In this document: positions 15,468 to 25,552 of the stretch, piece after piece | Position numbering within the stretch: position 1 is the first letter of the stretch | Layout: the number at the start of each line of letters is the position of its first letter | From: Escherichia phage vB_EcoM_E9 | Sequence record: PP886229 | DNA length: 64,000 nucleotides | Reading direction: 5' to 3' (one strand) | Notes under the pieces: model-generated | The model's database searches: none | What the model was told of the DNA's origin: nothing | The model's input: the letters and a program-made list of their open reading frames with translations, nothing else | Program-made: the position numbers and the translations under genes

Positions 15468-16202
15468 ATGAAAGAGATGACAGAACAAGGTAAGGAGATT
15501 TTTAATCTCTTAAAAACCGGTAGAGGGTTTTCTAACCCCCTTATTACTGGTGCAGCAGTTCTCGGTGGAACCGTAGCTGCCTCTACATCACTTGTAAGCT
15601 CTATTAGCTCTGTAACAGACCCTACAATAAAGGATAAGCTTGTTGCTGCTGGGCTTACAACAGTTCTGCTTAATAGCTTTACAACGAGTCTGACAAGCAC
15701 TACATCAACTACTAAGACACTGACAGATTACGGTCAAAAGTCCATTGATGAGTTTTCATCACGTATGCAGGTAGCAAAAGGATATTCCAATGTTATGGGT
15801 GCAGCAGGAGAGCAAGTCGGTTGTACGCCATTTAGTGGTATTATGGGTGTTGCTACAGAATATGGTCAAAAAGCTATTGACACGATTAACAACACGTTAG
15901 ACAGTGTTAATGATGTATTAAGTGACTTACAAGATGCTATTGATAAAGGTCTTGATACTGTTTCTGATTTAGCTAACCAAGCTGTTAGCAAGATTAATGA
16001 AGGTATCTCGAAGATTACAGCTTATGCAGATGAAGTTGTGCAGATGATTGAAGAAGAAGCTGCCCTTATTGCAGAGTACCTTAAAACGAATATCAATGGG
16101 TTCTTAGCAGGTATCTTACCAGACTGGTTTGACGATGCTTGTAAAACTGGTGTGATTGACACTATTGCAACACAAGAAATGAAGAACGCATTACAGAAAT
16201 AA
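15468..16202 (+). CDS. hypothetical Ser/Thr-rich protein with N-terminal hydrophobic segment
   Basis: ORF track 15405..16202 starts at a GTG inside tRNA-Phe; in-frame ATG at 15468 (MKEMTEQ) clears the tRNA. Confidence 0.5.
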   Translation: MKEMTEQGKEIFNLLKTGRGFSNPLITGAAVLGGTVAASTSLVSSISSVTDPTIKDKLVAAGLTTVLLNSFTTSLTSTTSTTKTLTDYGQKSIDEFSSRMQVAKGYSNVMGAAGEQVGCTPFSGIMGVATEYGQKAIDTINNTLDSVNDVLSDLQDAIDKGLDTVSDLANQAVSKINEGISKITAYADEVVQMIEEEAALIAEYLKTNINGFLAGILPDWFDDACKTGVIDTIATQEMKNALQK

Positions 16203-16203
16203 T

Positions 16204-16296
16204 GGAAGATTAACCCTAAAAGGTAAGGGAGCAGTTTGCTAAACTGCCAGTAGCTGAGAAATCGGTGTACCAGTTCAAGTCTGGTATCTTCCTCCA
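16204..16296 (+). tRNA. tRNA-Ser (anticodon GCT), long variable arm
   Basis: Perfect anticodon stem GCAGT/ACTGC, loop TTGCTAA, T-arm ACCAG-TTCAAGT-CTGGT, CCA; 93 nt. Confidence 0.65.
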
Positions 16297-16300
16297 ATTT

Positions 16301-16376
16301 GAATCCGTGACAGAAATGGCTATGTGCCTGTCTGCAAAACAGGTTTATAAGGGTTCGAGTCCCTTCGGATTCTCCA
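16301..16376 (+). tRNA. tRNA-Cys (anticodon GCA)
   Basis: Perfect acceptor GAATCCG/CGGATTC, anticodon stem CCTGT/ACAGG, loop CTGCAAA, CCA. Confidence 0.7.
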
Positions 16377-16413
16377 AGTTATTTTACTCTCTCTCAATTA
16401 AAATAATAATAAT

Positions 16414-16473
16414 GCCCTGCTATAAGTATTCTTCCTTTCGCTACCGAAGAGTATTTTTAGACAGGGCTTTTTT
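16414..16473 (+). terminator. Rho-independent terminator closing the tRNA array (GCCCTG ... CAGGGC + TTTTTT)
   Basis: Stem arms 16414-16419 and 16462-16467 followed by T6. Confidence 0.5.
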
Positions 16474-16538
16474 ACAGAGTTATACTTTATAAGAAGCCTT
16501 ATACAGTATGTCTCTGACGTACATTGTGGTTTCTCCTT

Positions 16539-16562
16539 GACGGTCTCTGTACCGTCTTTTTT
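16539..16562 (+). terminator. Rho-independent terminator GACGGT-CTCTGT-ACCGTC + TTTTTT
   Basis: Perfect 6-bp stem plus T-run. Confidence 0.6.
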
Positions 16563-16598
16563 AAGGGGAAACATGATTAATTATTTGGAGAAAACATA

Positions 16599-16799
16599 AT
16601 GAGCGAGACCGTTTATAAAGAACTTTATGAAGCTAACAAAAAGCTAGAATTTATGCAGAACACTATCATGGCGATTGCAGACAGATTGTCTGTAGCAACA
16701 GGTATTGATATCAAAGAAGCCTCTATGGATGCACTTCTTGATGCTGTTGATGCAAAGTTCGAAGTTAAGAAAGAAGAGACTGCTACAGACTCTGAATAA
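16599..16799 (+). CDS. hypothetical small protein immediately upstream of terminase
   Basis: 66 aa ORF preceded by GGAG. Confidence 0.45.
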   Translation: MSETVYKELYEANKKLEFMQNTIMAIADRLSVATGIDIKEASMDALLDAVDAKFEVKKEETATDSE

Positions 16800-16820
16800 T
16801 TCTATTTGCGGAGGTGCTTA

Positions 16821-18422
16821 ATGGACTTAAATGCTGTTAAGCAGAAGCGAGTGGAAGATGTTAGGAAAGTCCTAGCTGGAGAGTTGGGGCTTTCTGATGA
16901 AGTAAAAGAAATTATCAAATCATTCGGTAAAGACCCCTCTAAATTCCTTCCAACTCAAATTCTGACTTTATTAAGATATACACCAGACCAAGTTAGACTT
17001 ATCTTCAAATTGATGACTGATAAGAACTATGTAGCCCCTCAGCCGGGTTCTCAAGAGGTCTTTTTAAATACTAATGCTGACTTGGTTTTATATGGTGGTG
17101 CTGCTGGTGCTGGTAAAACTGCTGCATTGTTAATGGACTCTTTAAGGTTTATTGAAGACCCTAACTATAATGCTGTATATTTCCGTCGAAATACAACACA
17201 GTTACAAGGTGGTTTATGGCCTGCTGCAAAGAAACTATTTGGTAAGTTTGGTGGGGTTCCTCACGAGCAGAAGATGACTATCACGTTCCCTTCTGGGGCA
17301 ACTATTAAGTTCACCTACCTAGAACTTGAAAAGCACGCTGAAGGTCATCAGGGTATTGAATACTCAGCTATCTACTTTGACGAAGGTACACACTTCTCTG
17401 CTTCACAGATTTCATACCTACAGACCCGTCTACGTTCTGGCGCTGAAGGTGACTCATACATGAAGATTTCTATGAACCCAGATAGAGACCACTTCATTTA
17501 TGATTGGGTAGAACCCTTCTTAGATGAAGAAGGTTACCCAGACCCTGAGAAGTGCGGTCGTATTCGTTGGTATGTTATGAATGATGGTGTGATGGTTTCT
17601 GATTGGGAGAGAGACAAGATTCTTGAAATGTTCCCTCTTGAGATTCCTCAGACATACACCTTCATCTCTGGTACGATTGATGATAACCCAATTCTTGACT
17701 TCTTAGAACCTAAATATCGTGGTAAGTTGGAAAACAACACACCTGTAAACGTTGCAAGACTTCGTTTCGGTAACTGGAAGGCTCGTGCAGAAGGTTCAAA
17801 CTATTGGCAAAGACAGTGGTGTGAGATTGTTGATTCACTCCCAGAAGATGTGTTTGATGTCAGAGCATGGGACTTAGCAGCGACTTTACCATCTGAAATT
17901 AACCCTAACCCAGACTGGACAGCGGGTGTTAAGATGGGTAAATCTAAAAAAGACGGTTGCTATTATATCATTGATGTAGTAAGATTTAGAGATAGACCCT
18001 CTGGAGTCGAAACACAAATTAATTTGACTGCTGAAAGTGACGGTAAGCGAACTGGTATTTTTATCCCTCAAGACCCAGGCGCTGCTGGTAAATCCTATGC
18101 AACATCCCTCATCAGGAAACTTGCCGAGAAAGGTTATCGCGCAAGAGCTAAACCAACAAATAAAGATAAAGTTACCCGCTTTGCGGGATTTTCTGCTGCT
18201 TCTGAAGCTGGACTTGTAAAAGTCTTGAGAGGTAGTTGGAACGAAGCTTACTTTCAAGAACTTGAAGGTTTTTGTGGTGATGGCAAAACTAAAGATGACC
18301 AAGTGGATGCTACCAGTGATGCTTTCAACAGTCTTAATGAAGTTAAATTATTCAAGCCACCATCAATGGGTGCTCACACAGACTTAGTGAGAGGAAACCC
18401 ATATGAGGGGCTTAGACGTTGA
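16821..18422 (+). CDS. terminase large subunit
   Basis: Walker A-like LYGGAAGAGKTAALL; ~530 aa; ORF track starts at TTG 16806, ATG 16821 follows a GGAGG RBS. Confidence 0.85.
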   Translation: MDLNAVKQKRVEDVRKVLAGELGLSDEVKEIIKSFGKDPSKFLPTQILTLLRYTPDQVRLIFKLMTDKNYVAPQPGSQEVFLNTNADLVLYGGAAGAGKTAALLMDSLRFIEDPNYNAVYFRRNTTQLQGGLWPAAKKLFGKFGGVPHEQKMTITFPSGATIKFTYLELEKHAEGHQGIEYSAIYFDEGTHFSASQISYLQTRLRSGAEGDSYMKISMNPDRDHFIYDWVEPFLDEEGYPDPEKCGRIRWYVMNDGVMVSDWERDKILEMFPLEIPQTYTFISGTIDDNPILDFLEPKYRGKLENNTPVNVARLRFGNWKARAEGSNYWQRQWCEIVDSLPEDVFDVRAWDLAATLPSEINPNPDWTAGVKMGKSKKDGCYYIIDVVRFRDRPSGVETQINLTAESDGKRTGIFIPQDPGAAGKSYATSLIRKLAEKGYRARAKPTNKDKVTRFAGFSAASEAGLVKVLRGSWNEAYFQELEGFCGDGKTKDDQVDATSDAFNSLNEVKLFKPPSMGAHTDLVRGNPYEGLRR

Positions 18423-18438
18423 TAGCTAGGTGAGAAGA

Positions 18439-19905
18439 ATGGCAGATATTACAGAAACACAAGAAAGCTTACCACCATTTAGAATGGGTGAAGTAGGTTC
18501 TTTGGGTCTGAAGGTTAAGAATGGAAGAATCTATGAAGAACCTCGTCAGGCACTAAGGTTCCCTGAAAGTATTAAAACTTTCCAATTAATGATGCGTGAC
18601 CCTGCTGTAGCAGCATCTGTAAATATTATTAAGATGTTTGTCAGAAAAGTCAACTGGAGATTCGTACCTCCAAAGGGAAAAGAGCAAGACCCTAAAATGC
18701 TTGAAAGAGCAGACTTCTTTAATTCTTTAATGGATGACATGGAGCATGATTGGGCAGATTTTATTAACTCTGTAATGTCATTCTGCACTTATGGGTTCTG
18801 TGTTAACGAAAAGGTTTATAAGAAACGTCAGGGTAAAAAAGGAAAGTACCAGTCAAAATTTGATGATGGTCTAATTGGGTGGGCTAAATTACCAATCAGA
18901 AACCAGTCAACACTTGATAAGTGGTATTTTGACGAAGACTTTAGAAAAGTTACTGGTGTTAGACAAAATCTAAGAAATGTTTCACATATTGCTGGAGCAA
19001 TTAATCTTGGAGAAAGACCACTAACAAGAAAACTTCCACGAGCTAAATTCATGCTGTTTAAGTATGATGATGAGTATGGTAACCCAGAAGGTCGTTCACC
19101 ATTACTTAATGCTTATGTACCGTGGAAGTATAAAGTACAGATTGAAGAGTATGAAGCTGTTGGTGTTTCAAGAGACTTAGTAGGTATGCCAAAGATTGGT
19201 TTACCACCAGATTATCTTGATGAAAATGCAGAACCTGAAAAGAAAGCTTTCGTACAATACTGCAAAACTGTTGTTAATGATATGATTGCTAACGACAGAG
19301 CAGGTTTAATCTGGCCTAGATATATCGACCCAGATACTAAAGAGGATATTTTTGAGTTCTCATTAGTTTCTAGACAGGGTGCTAAAGCATACGATACAGG
19401 TTCTATTATTGACAGATATTCCAAGCAAATCATGATGGCATTTATGTCAGATGTTCTTGCTATGGGTCAGTCAAAATACGGTTCATTCTCTCTTGCAGAT
19501 TCTAAGACAAGCTTATTAGCAATGTCAGTAGATATTCTGCTGAAGCAAATTAAGAACGTAATTAACCGTGACTTAGTTGCACAGACTTATGCTCTTAATA
19601 TGTGGGATGATGAAGAACATGTGCAAATCACATATGATGATATCGAAACTCCAGACCTTGAGGCAATTGGTTCTTATATTCAGAAGACTGTTGCAGTAGG
19701 TGCTTTGGAAGTTGACAAAGAGCTATCTAACAAACTTAGAGAGCATATTGGTCTTCCTCCTGCTGATGAGTCTCAGCCAGTATCTGAAAAGCTTTCTCCG
19801 AATAGTCAAAGCCGTTCAGGAGACGGTTATAAGACCGCTGGAGAAGGTACTGCAAAGACACCTTCAGCGAAAGACCCAAGCACAGCAAATAAGGCAAATA
19901 AATAA
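18439..19905 (+). CDS. portal protein (putative)
   Basis: ~490 aa ORF directly after terminase; ORF track starts at GTG 18430, ATG at 18439. Confidence 0.6.
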   Translation: MADITETQESLPPFRMGEVGSLGLKVKNGRIYEEPRQALRFPESIKTFQLMMRDPAVAASVNIIKMFVRKVNWRFVPPKGKEQDPKMLERADFFNSLMDDMEHDWADFINSVMSFCTYGFCVNEKVYKKRQGKKGKYQSKFDDGLIGWAKLPIRNQSTLDKWYFDEDFRKVTGVRQNLRNVSHIAGAINLGERPLTRKLPRAKFMLFKYDDEYGNPEGRSPLLNAYVPWKYKVQIEEYEAVGVSRDLVGMPKIGLPPDYLDENAEPEKKAFVQYCKTVVNDMIANDRAGLIWPRYIDPDTKEDIFEFSLVSRQGAKAYDTGSIIDRYSKQIMMAFMSDVLAMGQSKYGSFSLADSKTSLLAMSVDILLKQIKNVINRDLVAQTYALNMWDDEEHVQITYDDIETPDLEAIGSYIQKTVAVGALEVDKELSNKLREHIGLPPADESQPVSEKLSPNSQSRSGDGYKTAGEGTAKTPSAKDPSTANKANK

Positions 19906-20405
19906 TGGCTGAAGTTATCTCTATTTCAAATGCTACACGAGTGCATTCGTATAGAGGTGTCCTTATCATTACTGATAAGTTATCTGTAGAGGCTGGCTCA
20001 AGGGTCAGCCTTTCAGGTTATGTTAGTGATGGTGGAATCTCTGACGTTTTCACTATTTGTAGGTTACTTGATGCACCAATGAGTGGAAAACCGTTTATTT
20101 CAGGAAATTGTAGTGAAATTGTTAAAATTCCATTTGACAGTTCATGCCTTTTGGGTGTAAAGTTATATAACTGCGAGAATAAACGTATCAATGTTAATAG
20201 CATTGAAGCCGCTTTCATTACCCTCGACACTGCATTTCAATCTCCAATGACAGTTAATAAAGAAACAAACAGACTTGAATACATTTTTTCACAAAATGAT
20301 TACAAAGTACTTGTCAAAGGTAAAGTATATGATATGATTGTAAATGTGGTAGATGAATCTGGTAACCATTCAACAGTCCTTAAACAAAAAGTAAGGTTTA
20401 ATTAA
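19905..20405 (+). CDS. hypothetical head-module protein
   Basis: 166 aa ORF between portal and protease. Confidence 0.5.
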   Translation: MAEVISISNATRVHSYRGVLIITDKLSVEAGSRVSLSGYVSDGGISDVFTICRLLDAPMSGKPFISGNCSEIVKIPFDSSCLLGVKLYNCENKRINVNSIEAAFITLDTAFQSPMTVNKETNRLEYIFSQNDYKVLVKGKVYDMIVNVVDESGNHSTVLKQKVRFN

Positions 20406-20737
20406 TGGGAACATTAACTATTGATGGTAAGAATAAAATCCTCGCCACGCTAACCCCAACGACTATTATTTTACACAATGTAGACCCAACGGCAGACCCT
20501 ACAGCAAATAAGGTTACTCAGCCAGTGGCTATTTATTTTTCTGAACCGGATAATGGCTTAATTGCCTCAGAAGACACAGTTAATATTACTGTCCCAGCTT
20601 CTGCAACGGTCTCACACTATAGCTTGTGGGATGCTAACGATAAATGCGTGGCAACTGGTGCTCTTAGCAAACCTCAATTCTTTGCTGAAGAAGGTATCTA
20701 TGTTATCTCTTCAGTCTCTGTAGATTTAAACAAATAG
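20405..20737 (+). CDS. hypothetical head-module protein
   Basis: 110 aa ORF, stop/start overlap. Confidence 0.5.
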   Translation: MGTLTIDGKNKILATLTPTTIILHNVDPTADPTANKVTQPVAIYFSEPDNGLIASEDTVNITVPASATVSHYSLWDANDKCVATGALSKPQFFAEEGIYVISSVSVDLNK

Positions 20738-20748
20738 GGTGAGTAAAA

Positions 20749-22095
20749 ATGAGTTCGAATATCTTCAGACTTGCTGATAGATTATTCAACCAACCTTTAC
20801 TAGCCACTGAATCATTAGCTCACTCAGCAGCAACTTATGTGAATAACAGATTGCTGGGTGATGTCCAAGCAGCAGTAAACTTTGATAAACCCAAAGGTGA
20901 AGCAAGAAGTCTTTTAAAAGTAAGAGATGACATTGCTATTATCCCTATTATGGGTGGTTTAACTCATCGTATGACATTCATTGATGCAATGTGTACAGGT
21001 GGTTTAAGCTCTTATGAAGGTTTACGTAGAGGCTTTGACGAAGCTCTAGCAGATGAGTCAATCAAGACTATTGTTCTGCACATTGATTCTGGTGGCGGTG
21101 AAGCTTCAGGTTGCTTTGAATTAGCACGTCACATCATGGCTTCAAGAGGCCAAAAGAAAATTATTGCTTATGTAGATGAGTTCGCTTGTTCCGCTGCATA
21201 TGCTCTTGCATCTTCTGCTGAAGAAATTATTGCATCACCAGATGCAGATGTTGGTTCTATTGGTGTAATCATGGTTCATCAGGAATTAACTAAGGCATTT
21301 GAAAAGAATGGCGTAACAATTAACGTCATCAAAGCTGGTGAGTTTAAAGGTATGGGTTCACCATTCCAAGCACTTTCAGAAGAAAGCAAAGAAAGACTTC
21401 AAAAGAGAATTAATGATACCTACGCAACCTTTACAGGTTTTGTAGCTGAATCTCGTAATCTCTCTGAAGAAGCTGTAAAGAATACTGAGGCAAATGTTTA
21501 TTCTGCTCAGGAAGCTCTTGAACTTGGTTTAATTAACTCAATCATGTCTCAAGATGATTTCTTAAATTACTTACAAGGTTCTGAAGAGGCTCCTGTAAGT
21601 TTAAACGTTAACAATTCAGGTGAAGAAATGACTGAACAAGAAAAGCAAGAACTAGAAGCTTTGCGTCTTCAGGTTGCTCAAATGAAAGCTAAAGAACAGG
21701 AAGCTGCTTTGTCAGATTTGACTAATAAGATTTCTGCTTCTGCTGAAGCTTTTGGATTTGATGCAAAAGAAGCTGCAACGACTATTTTAGGTGCTGGTCT
21801 TGATAACCCTCTGAGCGTTCTGTTTATGAATGCTATGGAAGGTGCTAACCAGAAACTTAATGAAACTATCGCGTCCCATGCTTCTGCAATGGAAGAAAAA
21901 GAATCAGAAATTACCAAGCTGAAAGAAACTGCTGGTGCTGTTCTTGAACATTCCAACGCTATGGAAGAAGTGGGTAATGACGGCGAAGCTGATTTGGTTG
22001 AAGAAGAAAAAGAACCAGCTAAGAATGCTTCCGAAGACACCGCTGAACAACGCAAACTGGCTCTCCAGAATGCTCTAAAATCTCTTATCAAATAA
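20749..22095 (+). CDS. prohead protease (S49/ClpP-like) fused to a scaffold-like acidic coiled-coil C-terminus
   Basis: 448 aa; VLHIDSGGGEASG motif; C-terminal Ala/Glu-rich region. Confidence 0.65.
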   Translation: MSSNIFRLADRLFNQPLLATESLAHSAATYVNNRLLGDVQAAVNFDKPKGEARSLLKVRDDIAIIPIMGGLTHRMTFIDAMCTGGLSSYEGLRRGFDEALADESIKTIVLHIDSGGGEASGCFELARHIMASRGQKKIIAYVDEFACSAAYALASSAEEIIASPDADVGSIGVIMVHQELTKAFEKNGVTINVIKAGEFKGMGSPFQALSEESKERLQKRINDTYATFTGFVAESRNLSEEAVKNTEANVYSAQEALELGLINSIMSQDDFLNYLQGSEEAPVSLNVNNSGEEMTEQEKQELEALRLQVAQMKAKEQEAALSDLTNKISASAEAFGFDAKEAATTILGAGLDNPLSVLFMNAMEGANQKLNETIASHASAMEEKESEITKLKETAGAVLEHSNAMEEVGNDGEADLVEEEKEPAKNASEDTAEQRKLALQNALKSLIK

Positions 22096-22106
22096 GGAAC
22101 ACAACA

Positions 22107-22484
22107 ATGGCATATCAAGGTTTTACTAAGTTAGGTAAAAGAGAACCTCTGAATGATATCATTCTTTGGGAACAGGTTACCCCAACAGGCCACTCTCGTA
22201 AAGAGTACACTCCACAGGCATCTACAGAATACCGTGTAGGTGAAGTTCTGAAAGCAGATGGTACTAAGGTACAAGCTGGAGAAGAAGCCCAAGCAGACTC
22301 TGTATGTATCGTTAATTTCTACGCAGACCTGCAACTGTCTTATCATGGTCAGTTGAAAGTTGTTGGTATTTACCGTGACGCAGAACTGAAAGACATGTTG
22401 ACTCTTGAATCAAGCGTTGACGCTACTGAAGTCAAGAAAGCTCTGGCTGCTAAAGGTATTGATTTCGTACCAACTGGCCTGTAA
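22107..22484 (+). CDS. hypothetical head protein (possible decoration protein)
   Basis: 125 aa ORF between protease and capsid gene. Confidence 0.45.
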   Translation: MAYQGFTKLGKREPLNDIILWEQVTPTGHSRKEYTPQASTEYRVGEVLKADGTKVQAGEEAQADSVCIVNFYADLQLSYHGQLKVVGIYRDAELKDMLTLESSVDATEVKKALAAKGIDFVPTGL

Positions 22485-22517
22485 TAACAATAATAAGACA
22501 TTCTGGAGAATTTTACA

Positions 22518-23627
22518 ATGTTGACTAATTCTGAAAAAAGCAGATTTTTCCTTGCTGACCTGACTGGTGAAGTCCAGTCTATCCCAAATACTTATGGGTA
22601 TATTTCCAACTTAGGTCTGTTCCGTTCAGCACCAATCACCCAAACTACTTTCCTTATGGACTTGACTGATTGGGATGTTAGCTTGCTTGATGCGGTAGAC
22701 CGCGATAGCCGTAAAGCAGAGACTAGCGCACCTGAGCGTGTTCGTCAAATCAGCTTCCCAATGATGTACTTCAAAGAAGTTGAAAGCATCACTCCTGATG
22801 AAATTCAGGGTGTACGTCAGCCAGGCACTGCAAACGAGCTTACTACTGAAGCTGTAGTACGTGCTAAGAAGCTGATGAAGATTCGTACCAAGTTTGATAT
22901 TACTCGTGAGTTCCTGTTTATGCAAGCTCTGAAGGGTAAAGTTGTCGATGCTCGTGGTACTCTGTACGCTGACCTGTACAAGCAGTTCGACGTTGAGAAG
23001 AAGACTATCCACTTCGACCTTGACAATCCTAATGCTGACATCGACGCTGCTATTGAAGAACTGCGTATGCACATGGAAGACGAAGCTAAGACTGGCACTG
23101 TAATCAACGGTGAAGAAATTCACGTAGTTGTTGACCGTGTATTCTTCAGCAAACTGGTTAAGCATCCTAAGATTCGTGACGCTTATCTTGCACAGCAGAC
23201 TCCACTGGCTTGGCAACAGATTACTGGTTCTCTGAGAACTGGTGGTACTGACGGCGTTCAGGCTCACATGAACACCTTCTACTACGGTGGTGTTAAGTTT
23301 GTCCAGTACAACGGTAAGTTCAAAGACAAGCGTGGTAAGGTTCATACTCTGGTGAGCATTGATGGTGTTACTCAGGATGGAACTGTAGGTGTAGGTCATG
23401 CTTTCCCTAACGTTTCTATGCTTGGTGAAGCAAACAACATCTTCGAAGTGGCATATGGTCCATGTCCTAAGATGGGTTATGCAAATACACTTGGTCAGGA
23501 ACTGTATGTATTCGAATACGAAAAAGACCGTGACGAAGGTATCGACTTTGAAGCTCACTCTTACATGCTGCCATACTGTACTCGTCCTCAGTTGCTGGTA
23601 GACGTTCGTTCTGACGCTAAAGGCTAA
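22518..23627 (+). CDS. major capsid protein (putative)
   Basis: 369 aa ORF after protease/scaffold; codon usage consistent with high expression; position-based. Confidence 0.65.
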   Translation: MLTNSEKSRFFLADLTGEVQSIPNTYGYISNLGLFRSAPITQTTFLMDLTDWDVSLLDAVDRDSRKAETSAPERVRQISFPMMYFKEVESITPDEIQGVRQPGTANELTTEAVVRAKKLMKIRTKFDITREFLFMQALKGKVVDARGTLYADLYKQFDVEKKTIHFDLDNPNADIDAAIEELRMHMEDEAKTGTVINGEEIHVVVDRVFFSKLVKHPKIRDAYLAQQTPLAWQQITGSLRTGGTDGVQAHMNTFYYGGVKFVQYNGKFKDKRGKVHTLVSIDGVTQDGTVGVGHAFPNVSMLGEANNIFEVAYGPCPKMGYANTLGQELYVFEYEKDRDEGIDFEAHSYMLPYCTRPQLLVDVRSDAKG

Positions 23628-23648
23628 TATTCTTAAGGAGGGTTATTA

Positions 23649-24098
23649 ATGTGTTATACAGGCGACCCAGCCAATAACCCTCTTGATAGAGTAAGAATCC
23701 TCTGCACAGACACCAATAATGATGAAATTCTTATTGAGCAGTCTGTGCTAGAGTGGTTCTATCTAGAATCTGGAAAGGATGAAAAGAAAGCAGCCATCAA
23801 AGCTCTTAAATATTTACTCTTTCAAGTAGCCAAGATGGGAGATGAGAAGGTTGGTGGTGTTTATTTACGTAACTCTTCCAGATTCAAATCTCTGAAAGCT
23901 GTTTATGACGACCTTGTTAAAAGCTCTGTTTCAGGACTACCCTATGCAGGTGGTATTAATCAGTGCGACATTGACATGCGTCGTCAAAATCCTTGCTCTG
24001 TCAAGAAATACACAGAATATGGTGATGCTGCCAGATACGAAGGCAGAGATTACTGCAACCGTGTTAATGGCGTATTTATTATCGAGCGAGATGAATAA
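23649..24098 (+). CDS. hypothetical head-tail joining protein
   Basis: 149 aa ORF after capsid gene. Confidence 0.45.
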   Translation: MCYTGDPANNPLDRVRILCTDTNNDEILIEQSVLEWFYLESGKDEKKAAIKALKYLLFQVAKMGDEKVGGVYLRNSSRFKSLKAVYDDLVKSSVSGLPYAGGINQCDIDMRRQNPCSVKKYTEYGDAARYEGRDYCNRVNGVFIIERDE

Positions 24099-24580
24099 TG
24101 GTTAAAAGGGTTATTCACCCCGCTAGAGCAAAATTAGTCGGGGCTATGAAGAACTTGCAAACGGCTAATGCTCAAGTTGGGTATTTTCAAGAACAAGGTC
24201 AACATAGCTCTGGTTTTTCTTATCCTGCTTTAATGTATTTACAAGAAGTTATTGGGGTTCCTTCAGCTTCTGGTAAAGTATATCGTAGGTTGTTTGAAAT
24301 CACTATGATGCTAAACAGACAGACCTTGTTAGAGCAGACTAAGAAGAATCTATATAAGCAACTTAGCAGTCTCAACACAGACCCTTCAAATACCTTAGAA
24401 GCATTTGCAAAGAATGCTCAGAAGGCAATTAAAAGAGGTTTTGGTAATTCTGCTATCCTCCCCCCTAACGCACCTTCCACAGTCAAGAAAAAAGGCTTTA
24501 ATGCACCTCTTGTTGAGACAGGTGACTTAAGGGAGAACCTTGCTTATAAAATTTCTACTAAGAAGGGTATTAAAAAATGA
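24098..24580 (+). CDS. hypothetical head-tail joining protein
   Basis: 160 aa ORF, stop/start overlap. Confidence 0.45.
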   Translation: MVKRVIHPARAKLVGAMKNLQTANAQVGYFQEQGQHSSGFSYPALMYLQEVIGVPSASGKVYRRLFEITMMLNRQTLLEQTKKNLYKQLSSLNTDPSNTLEAFAKNAQKAIKRGFGNSAILPPNAPSTVKKKGFNAPLVETGDLRENLAYKISTKKGIKK

Positions 24581-24978
24581 GACTCTTAAACAGACACAGC
24601 TTTGTAGTAAAGCGTAAAGTCTCTGAAGACGGTTATTATAATGATGATGGTGATTGGGTAGCTTCACAAGATATTGTAGAGGTTAACTGTAAAGGTAATA
24701 TCCAGCCATACATCAAAGGTTCTGTAAAGAACGGTACACAGATTGCTTTACCAGAAGGTATTAGACTCACTGATACGAGAATCTTGTATACCACATATAA
24801 ACTTAGAACTTCAGATGATGTAGAGTGGAATGAGTCTGACATTGTTATGATTGATGGTCATGAGTATGAAGTATTTATGACTATGGATTGGTCACAACAA
24901 TTAGCCCATACGTCCCATTATGAATATATCATTATTAGAAGGGATAAAATGAATGCAGTTAGAAACAGCAGAACTTGA
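24577..24978 (+). CDS. hypothetical head-tail joining protein
   Basis: 133 aa ORF. Confidence 0.45.
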   Translation: MRLLNRHSFVVKRKVSEDGYYNDDGDWVASQDIVEVNCKGNIQPYIKGSVKNGTQIALPEGIRLTDTRILYTTYKLRTSDDVEWNESDIVMIDGHEYEVFMTMDWSQQLAHTSHYEYIIIRRDKMNAVRNSRT

Positions 24979-25552
24979 AAAAGGTCTAGTTAGAACCTTA
25001 GTGGATGTTATTGGTCACAGACTAGCTCGTGATAAAAATAATAGACCAAATGTAATTAGAGCTTACCCTTCTGATAACTCAAATGACAAAGGTTTAAAAC
25101 CTGACCAACCATTTATTACCGTATATTGTCAAGATGCTGCAACACCTTATGGTTGGGTTCTTGATAAGTTTGTTGAGGATGATGTAGTTTGCTACAGAAT
25201 TGCTTTTCAGATTCCTGTACTGATTACGGTAAATGGTAAAGGTGCTCACAGTATTATGCTGGAGCTTAAACAACGATTAGAGATGAGTTCAGTCAGAGAT
25301 TTAATTCTTGAAGAGACAGGAGCTACAGTTTTAGACACTGGAGCTATCCCAAATGACTATACTTATCTTAATACAGATTTCGAAAATTCTGCACCTCTTG
25401 TTGTAACTCTTGTAAAAAATTCAGTCCTGAAAGATGAACGTGGAGGTATTATTGAACGTGTCATCATTGATGGTGGATTAGTTTACGAAGAAGGACAAGA
25501 GCCACCAGAATATACTATCCATCTAGATGTAGACTCCAAAGGGGTAAAATAA
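24953..25552 (+). CDS. hypothetical tail-completion protein
   Basis: 199 aa ORF. Confidence 0.45.
   Translation: MQLETAELEKGLVRTLVDVIGHRLARDKNNRPNVIRAYPSDNSNDKGLKPDQPFITVYCQDAATPYGWVLDKFVEDDVVCYRIAFQIPVLITVNGKGAHSIMLELKQRLEMSSVRDLILEETGATVLDTGAIPNDYTYLNTDFENSAPLVVTLVKNSVLKDERGGIIERVIIDGGLVYEEGQEPPEYTIHLDVDSKGVK

Noticed and set aside
22626-23558. 310 aa antisense ORF inside the major capsid gene, and other antisense or nested ORFs (e.g. 9784..10050, 17886..18302, 21678..22118, 35282..35563, 50290..50721)
   Set aside because: Each is fully embedded antisense or out of frame within a longer, better-supported gene; typical shadow ORFs.
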